Below, piece after piece: positions 54,226-63,722 of a DNA stretch of 64,000 nt. The notes under the pieces were generated by a model. That model had not been told where the DNA came from, ran no database searches, and saw only the letters and a list, made by a program, of their open reading frames with translations. The first letter of the stretch is position 1, and every line of letters begins with the position of its first letter. The translations under genes were made by a program, and so were the position numbers. This stretch comes from Andalucia godoyi And28 (lineage: Eukaryota; Protista; Jakobida): positions 206,026 to 270,025 of the forward strand of contig VRVR01000011.1 of NCBI GenBank assembly GCA_009859145.1. The letters are read 5' to 3'.

Positions 54226-54396
54226 GAAGAGATAGAAAGAAAGTGCTACATATATTCCTGCGTCTTTGGACCAGCCTCAGTCGCCGCAATCTCATTCCAT
54301 TCCGCTTTGCTTGTCCGCACAGACAGCCACCGTCGTCAGAAAGGAAGCGGGAAAACAATCGAGAAGATCGCAGTAGATGGCTTTCAATGGTGTGAA

Positions 54397-56373
54397 ATGA
54401 GCGAAATGTTTCCGATTCTCGCACAGAGGAGATTTTCCATATCTCCATTACAACAGCAATCACTGGACCAACAACCACCATCCCCGATGTCTGCATCCAA
54501 CTGTCGTGCATCCCCAGCTCAGAAGACTCTGGCGCCGCTGCTTAAACCACTTGCATCTAATGTGTCATTTTCTGGGATCGCAAAGGAAGAAAAAAGTGGT
54601 GGTCTTGTTCGGATTGCTTCCATGATGGAAAAGCCACTGTTGCACGGACGACTGACAGCAAGCGCAAGCAACTACTTGAACAGAAGATCTGCGATTTCAG
54701 GCCTGGCGGTAGACATTAACAGAGCGCACTCTAATTCCAGTGCCCATGCTCGTGATTATGCGTGTGGTTCTCCGACAGAAAAAAATGGTCCGTCTGTAGA
54801 GGTCAGCATTGCTGAATATGTTGCAGAATGGCATCGAGAATCCATCGAGGCTGAAACAACGCATGCCAATGCCGCCTGGAAAAAGATCGAAAATCAGGTG
54901 AAGGAGCATCAAAAGTCTGCATTCACTTCGTCGCCGCAGGAAAGAAAGTTGCCGATGATCAACAGTGAACAGACGAAGCTCTTGCTTTCGGCAAAACCGG
55001 AGAAAGAAAAGCCAAAGAAAAAGGAGCCACCAGAAGCCTTGACTTCTTCGTCGTCGGAACTGAGCGAGATTGCAAATCAGACACGGTCGCACTCCTTGCG
55101 CTTCATCCAACAACAAGTCGCTTGCAGACTGAACAGGATCAGGAGCGACGATAAGGAAAAGGAAGAGCTCGAGAAAAGAGTCGCGGACATCATGAGGGAA
55201 GCGCAAGATCAGCACGTGGCGCGATTCAACAAGGACAACAAGATGATCGTCGAGCTGAATAAGAAGGCGGTGAATGGGCTGACGCACGACGAGAAGGTTC
55301 GCAAGATCCAAGAAGCGGCTAGAAATCAGTCGGAACGCTCAGAAAATGCAAAATATCAAAAGGCAAAGCTGGCAGGAGAAGAGGAAATGCGGCGGGTTCT
55401 GCTGAACACGAAAATGAAGGAAAAGGACGTTTCGTTGGTGTTCTTGCGACGAAAGCTGGCCGCAGAAGACCAGCACAGAACGATGTTGTGGGGGAAATTC
55501 CTGGCTTTTCTGCGAAGTGCTGAATGTATCGCTTCGAGAGCAAAGGAGATCCAGCAGCAGCGAGATGCTTTGAACAGAATTTTGACTCCGGTGGTGAACA
55601 TTCAACGATGGTGGCGAAAGACCCAGACGAGAGTGGTCATGATTCGCTACAGAGATGCATTCTTCTACTTTCGTCGAGTGTGCTGGGTGCTGAAGTTCAA
55701 GCAGCACATCAGAAAAAAGCGGATGGCTGCAAAGCAAGTAAGAAACTTTCTGGGATGCTACCGAGACTCGGCGAAAATTAGACTTGTTGTGGTGGGATTC
55801 CTGAAGTCTGTTCGTAAGTGCCAGCAAATCTGCAGAGCGTTCCTTTCGCGTATGCGACACAGAATTGCGATACTGCATCGGCAGTTTCGCACTTATGAGG
55901 AGCGAATGATCTTCGAAGAAGACGCAGAACGACTACAAGAGATGGATCTGATTCGACGCAAGATGGACCACGCTAAACGTCTCAAAGGCAGAACTGCGGA
56001 GGCAGCGGATTATGAACGAAAATACCTGGTCCTGCGCTGCCGAGAGCCGATTCGCATCAACAAGGAAAGAAAAGACAAAATCATCATGGAGCGCGTCCGT
56101 CTTGCGAGAAAACAGCTCATGAAAGACGATGCAGTCTGGAAAGCAGAGTGCAAGGAGCTCCATGCGCAGTACAACAAGAAGGCGACAGAGCAGTATGCTC
56201 GCATGGCCATTGGCCTTCCGTACACCCTGCCGCCTCCTCCAAAGCTCCCACCGGTGCCGTTTCAGCACATCATGTTCAAGCCAGAAGACATCAAAAACAT
56301 CATCCTGCAACAGAGAGCGCAAACACAAACGGAAATGATGCGTGACGCCGCCCATTTTTCCATTTTTTCATGA
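54397..56373 (+). CDS. Coiled-coil protein with degenerate IQ motifs
   Basis: Long ORF. VVNIQRWWRK, AAKQVRNFL and VRKCQQICRAFL are IQ-like. Confidence 0.7.
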   Translation: MSEMFPILAQRRFSISPLQQQSLDQQPPSPMSASNCRASPAQKTLAPLLKPLASNVSFSGIAKEEKSGGLVRIASMMEKPLLHGRLTASASNYLNRRSAISGLAVDINRAHSNSSAHARDYACGSPTEKNGPSVEVSIAEYVAEWHRESIEAETTHANAAWKKIENQVKEHQKSAFTSSPQERKLPMINSEQTKLLLSAKPEKEKPKKKEPPEALTSSSSELSEIANQTRSHSLRFIQQQVACRLNRIRSDDKEKEELEKRVADIMREAQDQHVARFNKDNKMIVELNKKAVNGLTHDEKVRKIQEAARNQSERSENAKYQKAKLAGEEEMRRVLLNTKMKEKDVSLVFLRRKLAAEDQHRTMLWGKFLAFLRSAECIASRAKEIQQQRDALNRILTPVVNIQRWWRKTQTRVVMIRYRDAFFYFRRVCWVLKFKQHIRKKRMAAKQVRNFLGCYRDSAKIRLVVVGFLKSVRKCQQICRAFLSRMRHRIAILHRQFRTYEERMIFEEDAERLQEMDLIRRKMDHAKRLKGRTAEAADYERKYLVLRCREPIRINKERKDKIIMERVRLARKQLMKDDAVWKAECKELHAQYNKKATEQYARMAIGLPYTLPPPPKLPPVPFQHIMFKPEDIKNIILQQRAQTQTEMMRDAAHFSIFS

Positions 56374-56537
56374 ATTGCCGTAGTAGTTGAATGGTATATT
56401 CGAATGACGAGGGCAAGAAAGAACATTTGTTTTCCTGGTGATATTATCTAATGTAAAGCATTATTTTGAAAACGGAGATGTCCTGGAAAAATCAAATGCA
56501 TCGTCATTTTTCTCCGCGCATACATCTATGATACTAC

Positions 56538-56608
56538 AGAAAATCACACGCACACACACACACTCACACACACACTCACACACACACACACACTCTCTCT
56601 CTCTCTCT
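56538..56608. repeat. Compound (CA)n/(CT)n microsatellite
   Basis: Located between two convergent genes. Confidence 0.93.
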
Positions 56609-56612
56609 TTTC

Positions 56613-58775
56613 TTAACGTCGGACAGGCTCCGGACGACGAGCAACTGGACTTAATTGTCGAGACGCTTTGGCAGACGGAACGACAGGAGACGGCACTGCG
56701 CCCTTCCAGCCCGGTGGAGGATGCTTGGGAGATGTGGACTCGCTGACACTCTGCATTGACCGCCTCTTGACGCGCTCCAACAAAGATTGCGCGCGATCGA
56801 CAGGCGACGGAGGGCATTCTCCATTTTCATCCTGTGCACGCCAGTTTTTCTTGTGCGATTGCGTCGGTTCCCAGTATCCGGAAATGTATGACTTTTCCTT
56901 GAGAGCCACAGCATTGTGTGCACGCGCTGCAAACGAATCTGGACCAAAAACCCCATTAAGCCCAGGCTTTCGAAGCAACTGAGCCTTTTGCGTCAGCACA
57001 GGACCCTCTTCAAAGACGTGCAACAGCACATTGTCTGTCTTGTCGTGGCTGCAGGCACTTTCGGCGATTTCAATGTGAACTTCGCCTCGAGAGTCCACAT
57101 ATCGTCTAGGGGCACGATGACGAGGAAGTCTGGACAAGCGATCCGACAACTCATATTGATGTGCTGCTCTCTCTGGATCCACAACAAACTGTTTCGGTGA
57201 GTCTGCCTTGAGGGACAACGGAGATCCATCTTCAGACGTTGCACGAAGAGAATTCTCAAATGAATAGGTTCTCGTTCGGACTTTGAGTTCCTGGACTTTC
57301 TCAAGCGTCTTCTTTTCAAGTTCCTTGAGATTACTGGAGCTCCGCTCGCGCGATCGTTGGATGTCTTCCTTGGTCCGCGCAGAAGCGAACGAGGAATCAG
57401 TCAGCATGGAATTTCTGCGCTGCAGGTTGCTTGCGGTGACAGACGCGCCTTCAGATGACCGGAGAGACATGATCCACTCGGACTGGCTGTTTGGAGTCTT
57501 GGTTTTCGCAAGATGGGCCTTGTGTGGAGACGTGTCGTCTCTTCTCCCTTGGAATTCCACGCTGGACACTGAAGGTTCACGCTGCAGACCCGGATTCATC
57601 AGAAAACTCAGTCTGCGTTCACGAAACTGCTCAATATCATCCCTGATCCTCTCCTCCATCGACAGCTGCATCCGCGAAGGAGAGCTGGATCTCGAGGTGG
57701 TCGACCTTGGAGTGGAGAGCGATCTGCCTGAAATAACCGTACCTGCATTGGTGTTCTGCTGCTTGAGTGCAGTAACTACATTTAATGTTGACGCAAGCCT
57801 GTCCCACACAGATCTCGATCGTCCACGACTTGGCGATCGTGGGCTCCGAGGACTATTATCGTCCGTTGATGGCGGAGAGTTTGAACCAGACGGAGTATTT
57901 GAAGACGGGGCAGCAGTAGCATTCGATTGTGGAGCTGGAATGGCAGTATCGTTCAAGTTCAGCTTGAGCTTTTCTTTGAGTCCAGCCGCCGAAGTCGAAT
58001 GTTTTGGCAAAGGAGCAACAGTCAATGCTGGAGAAGCATGCGCAGTTCCTGCGGAACTCTCGGACGCCTTTCCTGAGACCCGCTTTGACTTGTAAGCCCG
58101 TGCCTCAATTCGACTTCCGTCTTCCTCTTCACCGGAACTCTCACTCTCTGTGAACTGTTCTGTCGGGAGCGGCTCATTCAAGCGTCGAATTCGCTCCGCA
58201 AGCGCCTCTTCTTCGGCTTCCTTTCTCTTTGCAGCTCTGCGGTCCTTTCGGTTCATCTTGGGAACTGGCTCCTCAAAAACAGTGCGAGAATCTAAGCTGG
58301 ACTCCTTGAGCAACACAGCATCGACCAACGGCGACGCAGACAAGGTTTGCAACTTGGCGACAGTCGACACAGAGCCTTTGATCGACGCCAGAGTTTCTTT
58401 CAATTCCTCAATTTCCAGCTTCATCTTTTGCTGCCGCAATCGGCGCTCTTCAATATCCTTCCAATAGGACTTTTGAACCACATCCTCAATCTGTGCCGGG
58501 AGAGAACTCTTCATCTTCGACTCTGCAGCAGCCGACAAGTCGACTTTGGATTTTGGATTTGTCTCGGCCTCGGCTTCGGTTTCGGTTTCGACGGATTCGT
58601 CTATTCCGCGAGCCACCGACAGGCTGTGGAACTTTGGAGAACTCCGAATTGCCAGAATTATCAAGACCGACGACAGAATGATCACAGACAGCATCTGAAA
58701 AAGCGAAAACTCGCCTTCGACAGAGAACCAAAACGAGGAGAAGAACGGCTCGGAACAGCCATTTGGTCCACACAT
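56613..58775 (-). CDS. Hypothetical protein with N-terminal hydrophobic anchor, coiled coil and S/P-rich regions
   Basis: 720 aa ORF. VIILSSVLIILAI near the N-terminus. Confidence 0.7.
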   Translation of the reverse strand: MCGPNGCSEPFFSSFWFSVEGEFSLFQMLSVIILSSVLIILAIRSSPKFHSLSVARGIDESVETETEAEAETNPKSKVDLSAAAESKMKSSLPAQIEDVVQKSYWKDIEERRLRQQKMKLEIEELKETLASIKGSVSTVAKLQTLSASPLVDAVLLKESSLDSRTVFEEPVPKMNRKDRRAAKRKEAEEEALAERIRRLNEPLPTEQFTESESSGEEEDGSRIEARAYKSKRVSGKASESSAGTAHASPALTVAPLPKHSTSAAGLKEKLKLNLNDTAIPAPQSNATAAPSSNTPSGSNSPPSTDDNSPRSPRSPSRGRSRSVWDRLASTLNVVTALKQQNTNAGTVISGRSLSTPRSTTSRSSSPSRMQLSMEERIRDDIEQFRERRLSFLMNPGLQREPSVSSVEFQGRRDDTSPHKAHLAKTKTPNSQSEWIMSLRSSEGASVTASNLQRRNSMLTDSSFASARTKEDIQRSRERSSSNLKELEKKTLEKVQELKVRTRTYSFENSLRATSEDGSPLSLKADSPKQFVVDPERAAHQYELSDRLSRLPRHRAPRRYVDSRGEVHIEIAESACSHDKTDNVLLHVFEEGPVLTQKAQLLRKPGLNGVFGPDSFAARAHNAVALKEKSYISGYWEPTQSHKKNWRAQDENGECPPSPVDRAQSLLERVKRRSMQSVSESTSPKHPPPGWKGAVPSPVVPSAKASRQLSPVARRPEPVRR

Positions 58776-59189
58776 TTCAATAATGTTTCTATTTTTTTTA
58801 AAAACAACAGTACGCCCAAGATCTGATAAGGAAGAATGCAGAAAAGACTAAGGATCGGTTATGGGAACATAAATCGAAGAGAAAAAGAAAAACAGAAAGA
58901 AAAAAGATATCAGTGGAGCTGGGAAAGTCATCAAATTATTCAAAAAAAAAAAGGAAAACGCTTTCACCTACAGGAAACCGTTGAATAATAACACGTTGTT
59001 GTCATGCATACGGAAGTATAAATTTCGTGCTTACGCACGCTCGGCCAGAATTCAGCCTGTGACACAGGCTCCGCATTTTCGACACTCTTTAACGCAGCAT
59101 CCGTAGCCATCTATTCTATCATTCGTTGGTTTCACTTTTTTTGGTTTCACATTTTAATTCAAATATGGGCGTGAGTGCGCTGGGATGAC

Positions 59190-59496
59190 GCCATTCGCCT
59201 ACGCCTACGCCGCTCGATACAGGGCCTCCTAGGTCCCGCAGACCTCCTAAGAGACCACGGGTCACTACGCCTGCTGCTAGGGCCGTCAGAATCAAAATGC
59301 ACCCTTCACAGGAACAACGTGCCATGCTGAGAAAGTGGCTCACCGATTGATCGAGATTGGGAACGGAGCGCGGAGCATTTATCTGAAGAGCGCCGTGACA
59401 CGTGTTGGAGCCTATTCCCTTCCCGGCGACGGGATGCAAGACTGAATATGCATGTCTATTCGTAGATATGCATTTGTTCAGTGCATAATGCAGGCG
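59190..59496 (+). mobile_element. Internally deleted Fanzor2 mini-element, copy B (N-terminal basic segment + HTH fused to RuvC-III + right end)
   Basis: PPRSRRPPKRPRVTTPAARAVRIKMHPSQEQRAMLRKWL is the TnpB/Fanzor2 N-terminal KxRLxPxxEQxxxLxxW motif. It is joined at ~59339 to IDRDW(+1)NGARSIYLKS...GAYSLPGDGMQD* and ends in TAATGCAGGCG. Confidence 0.85.
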
Positions 59497-59659
59497 CTGA
59501 AAGGCACTCCCGGATGAATGTCACTCAAAATGTTTCATTCACCTTAAAGGCAACTCTTATTTAAGTTTTAAAAAATAGCGTTTGTTATTTTTCGATCTGA
59601 GATGGTTTATAATGTAAAACAGGAACCAAATGAGATGCAAAATTCGGAATCCCGTGGAG

Positions 59660-60426
59660 GGAAATGCATCTCGAAGCGCGCGCGTTTAAAGCCAAAACAC
59701 TTTTGGTATTTCTCTTCCATCGCGCTCAAAAGATGATGGGCTTCCTCTGGAAAGATCGAGTAATCGTAGACGCCTGTATTCCATCGGGCCCCATCCGAAA
59801 GGACCTCGCAAGCCGCTCCGTCACAACTGCCACGGAAAAAGAATGCAAAGAGAAGACGATCTGTTGCGCGAGAGTCTCCAGCGATTATCAACGGCCCGAT
59901 CTCGAACGACAAGTCCAAGACCCTTCAAACAACAATATCGCGTCCGGGATCAACGTCAACCGCCCCAGTCTTAACGACGATACCGCAGCGGAAACGTCGA
60001 AGAAGCTGTGGTTGTCCACAAAAAAGACCGTGTCGCTCGGATTCGGATTCGATCTCCTCGGCTGGATATTCCAGACGTTTGCTGTTCGACTCATTCACAC
60101 GGACACGACGAACAATCATAACTGGATATGCCGTTTTCGCCAGCATCTGATAACCAAGCTGCTGAATACGAAGATGTGGTAGTCCACGACACAGCAACTG
60201 AAGAGTACAAACACTGTGGAGTTTGAAATGGATCGCGATTGGCTTTGGTTCTCGAAATGTATGTTTGGAGCATTATTCAATCATATTGAGCGCCTTTGCT
60301 TTAAGCGAAGTGCGCGATGGCTGCCTCGGCGCTTCCCCCTTTTGGGAGTTGTACGCATAAATCTCATGAAAGCGACGTGAGTGTTTGCCAGTACTGATCA
60401 GCATTGATGAGCATTGGAACGAGGCG
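59660..60426 (+). mobile_element. Decayed IS607-type element, copy C: serine-recombinase TnpA remnant fused to Fanzor2 C-terminus + right end
   Basis: TnpA part: ...ALKR*WASSGKI, ICCARVSSDYQRPDLERQV, IASGIN, VEEAVVVHKKDRVAR/FGFDLLGWIF. Fanzor part: RFRQHLITK/AAEYEDVVVHDTATEEY, MDRDW/GSRNV...LGASPF...*. Ends in GAACGAGGCG at 60426. Confidence 0.8.
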
Positions 60427-60519
60427 TTAGCAGTAGTGAAATCTCCATTCTTCCACGATTTTCGTGCTTTAATTGATCTTATTCCACTTTGATTTGGTTA
60501 TCGTCGTCCGCAATTAGGT

Positions 60520-60720
60520 TTCTACAACAGCGCCCCCAACTTCGCGAGCTTGTCGACGACACCACAGTCGACGACAGTCAGTCGCAAATGCGATTGACCC
60601 TCCTCTATGCCCGAGTCTCCTCCCAACATCAAGAAGCGGGCCTCCAACGCCAGATTGCCGATCTCCATGCAGCCTACCCTGGCGCTGAGGAGACGGCAGC
60701 CTCGACACCTCGACATTAGG
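60520..60720 (+). mobile_element. Second IS607 TnpA serine-recombinase fragment
   Basis: LTLLYARVSSQHQEAGLQRQIADLHAAYPGAE contains the YARVSS.xQ..L.RQ catalytic motif and is truncated. Confidence 0.82.
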
Positions 60721-60915
60721 TCTTCGTCTGCAGCGTGCTGGCATCGCCAGCGCGAAGGAAGAAGCAAAAACTAAACTGTGGTGGGTGGGCCGGCACTCGA
60801 TATCTTTCACTGCGAGAATAATGCTTGTGTAATTATTTATTTAAATATTTAAAAAAATGGATGACATGCAAGTAAATAACAGTAAATGATAAAATAATGC
60901 GAAAGGCATAAACTG

Positions 60916-62103
60916 TTACCGGTGCTTGCCCGCAATTTCAGAGAGCTTTTGCCGGTTCAGAATGACGGCAACAGGGACATGGTCTGATAAGGGAACTTCC
61001 GGCAGGATGTACGATGCATCGACGGCAGGCACAAGTCTTTCCGACACGAGGCAATAGTCAAGCCTCCAGCCCTTTCCAGAAGCTCTACCGTTGAAACGCG
61101 CGCCGAAATACGAGAATTCCTGGTGCTCGGGCCCATGGATGTGCCGGAATGTATCGACCAAGCTGTTTTGCTGCAGCAAACGGCTGAATGCATGTCGCTC
61201 CTCAGTGGTAAAGCCAGCGCTCCTTTGGTTGGTTTTCGGAGCGTGCAAATCAATCGCCTCGTGCGCACAGTTCAGATCTCCGACATACACAACCGGTTTC
61301 TTCGCATCCAGACGCTTCAGGTATGCAGCAACACACGGCTCCCACACCTTTGTGCGGTATTCCAGGTTTTTGAGACCATCGCCAGAATTGGGAACATACG
61401 CACCACAAACGTATAAATGCTCCAACTCAACCGTCATAAATCGCCCCTGCGTATCCTGCACTTGCGGAACTGCTGCATTCTCAAGCTGCGTGTTCACCAC
61501 CTGCGGAAATCCCGTTGTCTTCGACAAGATAAGAAGATCTCTTTTGCAAAGAACTGCAGTTCCAGCATATCCCTTCTTCTCTGTGCAACAATGAAATGCA
61601 GTTTCATAAGACTCTCCGTTGCAGTTTGCTATGAGATTGACTTCTTCTCGCATCGCTTCCTCCGAAATCTTGGTTTCCTGCAGGAACAGCACATCTGGCT
61701 GCTGCCTGTCACACAAATTCTTCACAAAGGACGCTTCCTTTCGAAGAACTGCGCGGATCCCATTCACATTCCAGCTCATGATTTTCAAATGCAAGTTGGG
61801 ATCAAAGGACGTGAATTTTGCTGCAGATAATATCGCCGGCTTTGCATACGTCCTGAATACGTTGGAAGCCATGACCGTCGTGGCACTGGAAGACTCGTGT
61901 ACAATGTGTGTTGTCTGATCAGAATCTGTGCTTTTCTCAACAGTTGCAACGATAGTCGAAGCTGCTGTGACGGCAGATGCTTCGGCAGCTGGCTGCACTT
62001 CGCCGATATCGCTGTTGTTTCGAGAAGACGGTCTCCTTTTCCTGGTCGGCGTCGAAACAAGAGACTCGGAAGCAGCAGATTCTACTTTGCGGAAGCGTCC
62101 CAT
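60916..62103 (-). CDS. APEX1: AP endonuclease (ExoIII/APE1 family)
   Basis: KIMSWNVNGIRA, DVLFLQETK, KKGYAGTA, YVPNSG, GDLNCAH..IDL, AGFTTEER, DTFR, GWRLDYCLVS, SDHVP. Confidence 0.95.
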   Translation of the reverse strand: MGRFRKVESAASESLVSTPTRKRRPSSRNNSDIGEVQPAAEASAVTAASTIVATVEKSTDSDQTTHIVHESSSATTVMASNVFRTYAKPAILSAAKFTSFDPNLHLKIMSWNVNGIRAVLRKEASFVKNLCDRQQPDVLFLQETKISEEAMREEVNLIANCNGESYETAFHCCTEKKGYAGTAVLCKRDLLILSKTTGFPQVVNTQLENAAVPQVQDTQGRFMTVELEHLYVCGAYVPNSGDGLKNLEYRTKVWEPCVAAYLKRLDAKKPVVYVGDLNCAHEAIDLHAPKTNQRSAGFTTEERHAFSRLLQQNSLVDTFRHIHGPEHQEFSYFGARFNGRASGKGWRLDYCLVSERLVPAVDASYILPEVPLSDHVPVAVILNRQKLSEIAGKHR

Positions 62104-62487
62104 CCGACTGTCAAAAAAAGAAAGGGAAAAAAAAGGGGGGGAAGGCGACACGAGAAACGTATACAATGGGATCAAAAGCAAAGAGAACGAAGAGAATAAA
62201 ACAAAACTGGAAAAAAAAAACCGAAGAAAGAAAAGAAAGAAAAAACGAAACTTTGCTGTTTGGATTCTTTTTGGTGGGGTTCGAACGATCAGCCTGGGCA
62301 TGACGCGGGAGCAGCGAGTGCATTACGAGAAATGGTACATGATGCATGACTTTACATTTCATACGATAGACAGAGTTGCTTCGTGTGCACTGTGCGATCG
62401 TCTTTGTTCTCTCCAAAAGCGAGATCACTCAAAAAATAAACAACACGGATTGAGCTTACGATGCTGCGGGTTTCTTTGCTGTTTTCT

Positions 62488-62793
62488 CTACGTCACAATA
62501 AACATAAATGAATCAGTAAAATAGCCAGGTTTCGCAGCGCCGACAGCAACAACAACAACAACAACAGCAAGAAAATAAAAAACACAAGAGACTTTAGGTG
62601 CTGTGCAAACAAGCATACTTTCGAATGTCGCCATGTAATTTTTGAAGAATAGACAAGAAAACACGGTTGCAGAAGTCAGTAGAACCAAAGAAGACGCTTT
62701 TCGGAAGAATCCGCGCTTGGGCAAAAAGAAGTACTCCTCGATGTGTGCGGGTCTGTTGGACGCTGGAGCGCCGCTACCAGTAGCATCTGTCAT
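62488..62793 (-). CDS. Possible small single-TM protein (may be spliced)
   Basis: MTDATGSGAPASNRPAHIEEYFFLPKRGFFRKASSLVLLTSATVFSCLFF... is coding-like with one hydrophobic helix. No family recognised. Confidence 0.35.
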   Translation of the reverse strand: MTDATGSGAPASNRPAHIEEYFFLPKRGFFRKASSLVLLTSATVFSCLFFKNYMATFESMLVCTAPKVSCVFYFLAVVVVVVAVGAAKPGYFTDSFMFIVT

Positions 62794-63109
62794 TATCTTG
62801 CAAGCAGGCTCGAAGCTTTTTTAAAACGTTAAACACGCAATGCGTCGAATGATCGCAAGACGCCCTGCCGCATGTGGGAAAAGAAGAATAGAAATGACCG
62901 CTGCCGCTTACTGCGGAATGATGAAGCAATCTAAAGCGCACGTAAACAAAACCACTGCCACCCACCGTGCACATGCGTTTGTCATCTTAACAACTCCGTC
63001 CACACGATGCCCGATTCGTTTCGTCCCATTTCGATCATGAATTCGCTATAAACACGCCGCCGCGCTGCATTCTCGCACAGCGACACTCATTTCTTATTCT
63101 TATTGTCCA

Positions 63110-63599
63110 TGCAACGCACCATGTCCGTCACGCCCGCAACGCTGCGCAAGACCTGTGACAATCTCCACCGCCACCATCCGGCGCTGGGCCGCCGCCAGGA
63201 AGGATCGCCAAGGCGACAACGACGTGGCAGATGTTGACATGGGGCCATTATCAATTCCAACAGCGGCTGCTCTGCAAATCGCGCGAATTCGCGGGGCGGC
63301 AGGTGTCGATTGTGACTTGTGACGGAAGAGTACACGTCTAAAGCGTGCGGCCGTTGCGGGGGAAATGCATCGCAAGTTGTATGGAAACAAGGTGTTTTGT
63401 TGCCCATCGTGCAAATGCACGCTCGACCGCGATTGGAACGGCGCGCGCAGCATCTACATCTATCTTAGGAGCGTCTCTCATGCCGAGAGGCGTGTGGGGG
63501 CCTACCCCCTTTCCAATCATGCTATGCATGTTGTTGGGCTGCAGCATTGATTATGGGTGATCATCGATGATTATCCGTGGTTAGTGTACAATGTAGGCG
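63110..63599 (+). mobile_element. Internally deleted IS607-Fanzor2 element, copy D (TnpA HTH fused to Fanzor2 RuvC-II/ZF/RuvC-III + right end)
   Basis: ISTATIRRWAAA (MerR-type HTH of TnpA), then RIAKATT.WQMLTWGHYQFQQRLLCKSREFAGRQVSIV/EEYTSKACGRCG/EMHRKLYGNKVFCCPSCKCTLDRDWNGARSIY...RVGAYPL. Ends in TACAATGTAGGCG. Confidence 0.9.
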
Positions 63600-63722
63600 C
63601 TTCTCATTGACGTTTTTCGATCCCGTGCATTCGTTTCCAAACTGTCAATCTTTCGGACGTAGCGCTTCGAACACGACTGGGTTAGTATTCTACCCTTCAA
63701 CCCAAAACCTCTCCAGTGTCTT

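Noticed and set aside
60916-62103. APEX1 as cargo or partner of the flanking Fanzor elements
   Set aside because: It is an ordinary intact host gene with normal T-rich flanks, and no shared element ends enclose it.
59100-63600. Intact, active Fanzor or TnpA gene
   Set aside because: All fragments carry frameshifts, stops or large deletions. No RuvC-I motif was found in the window.
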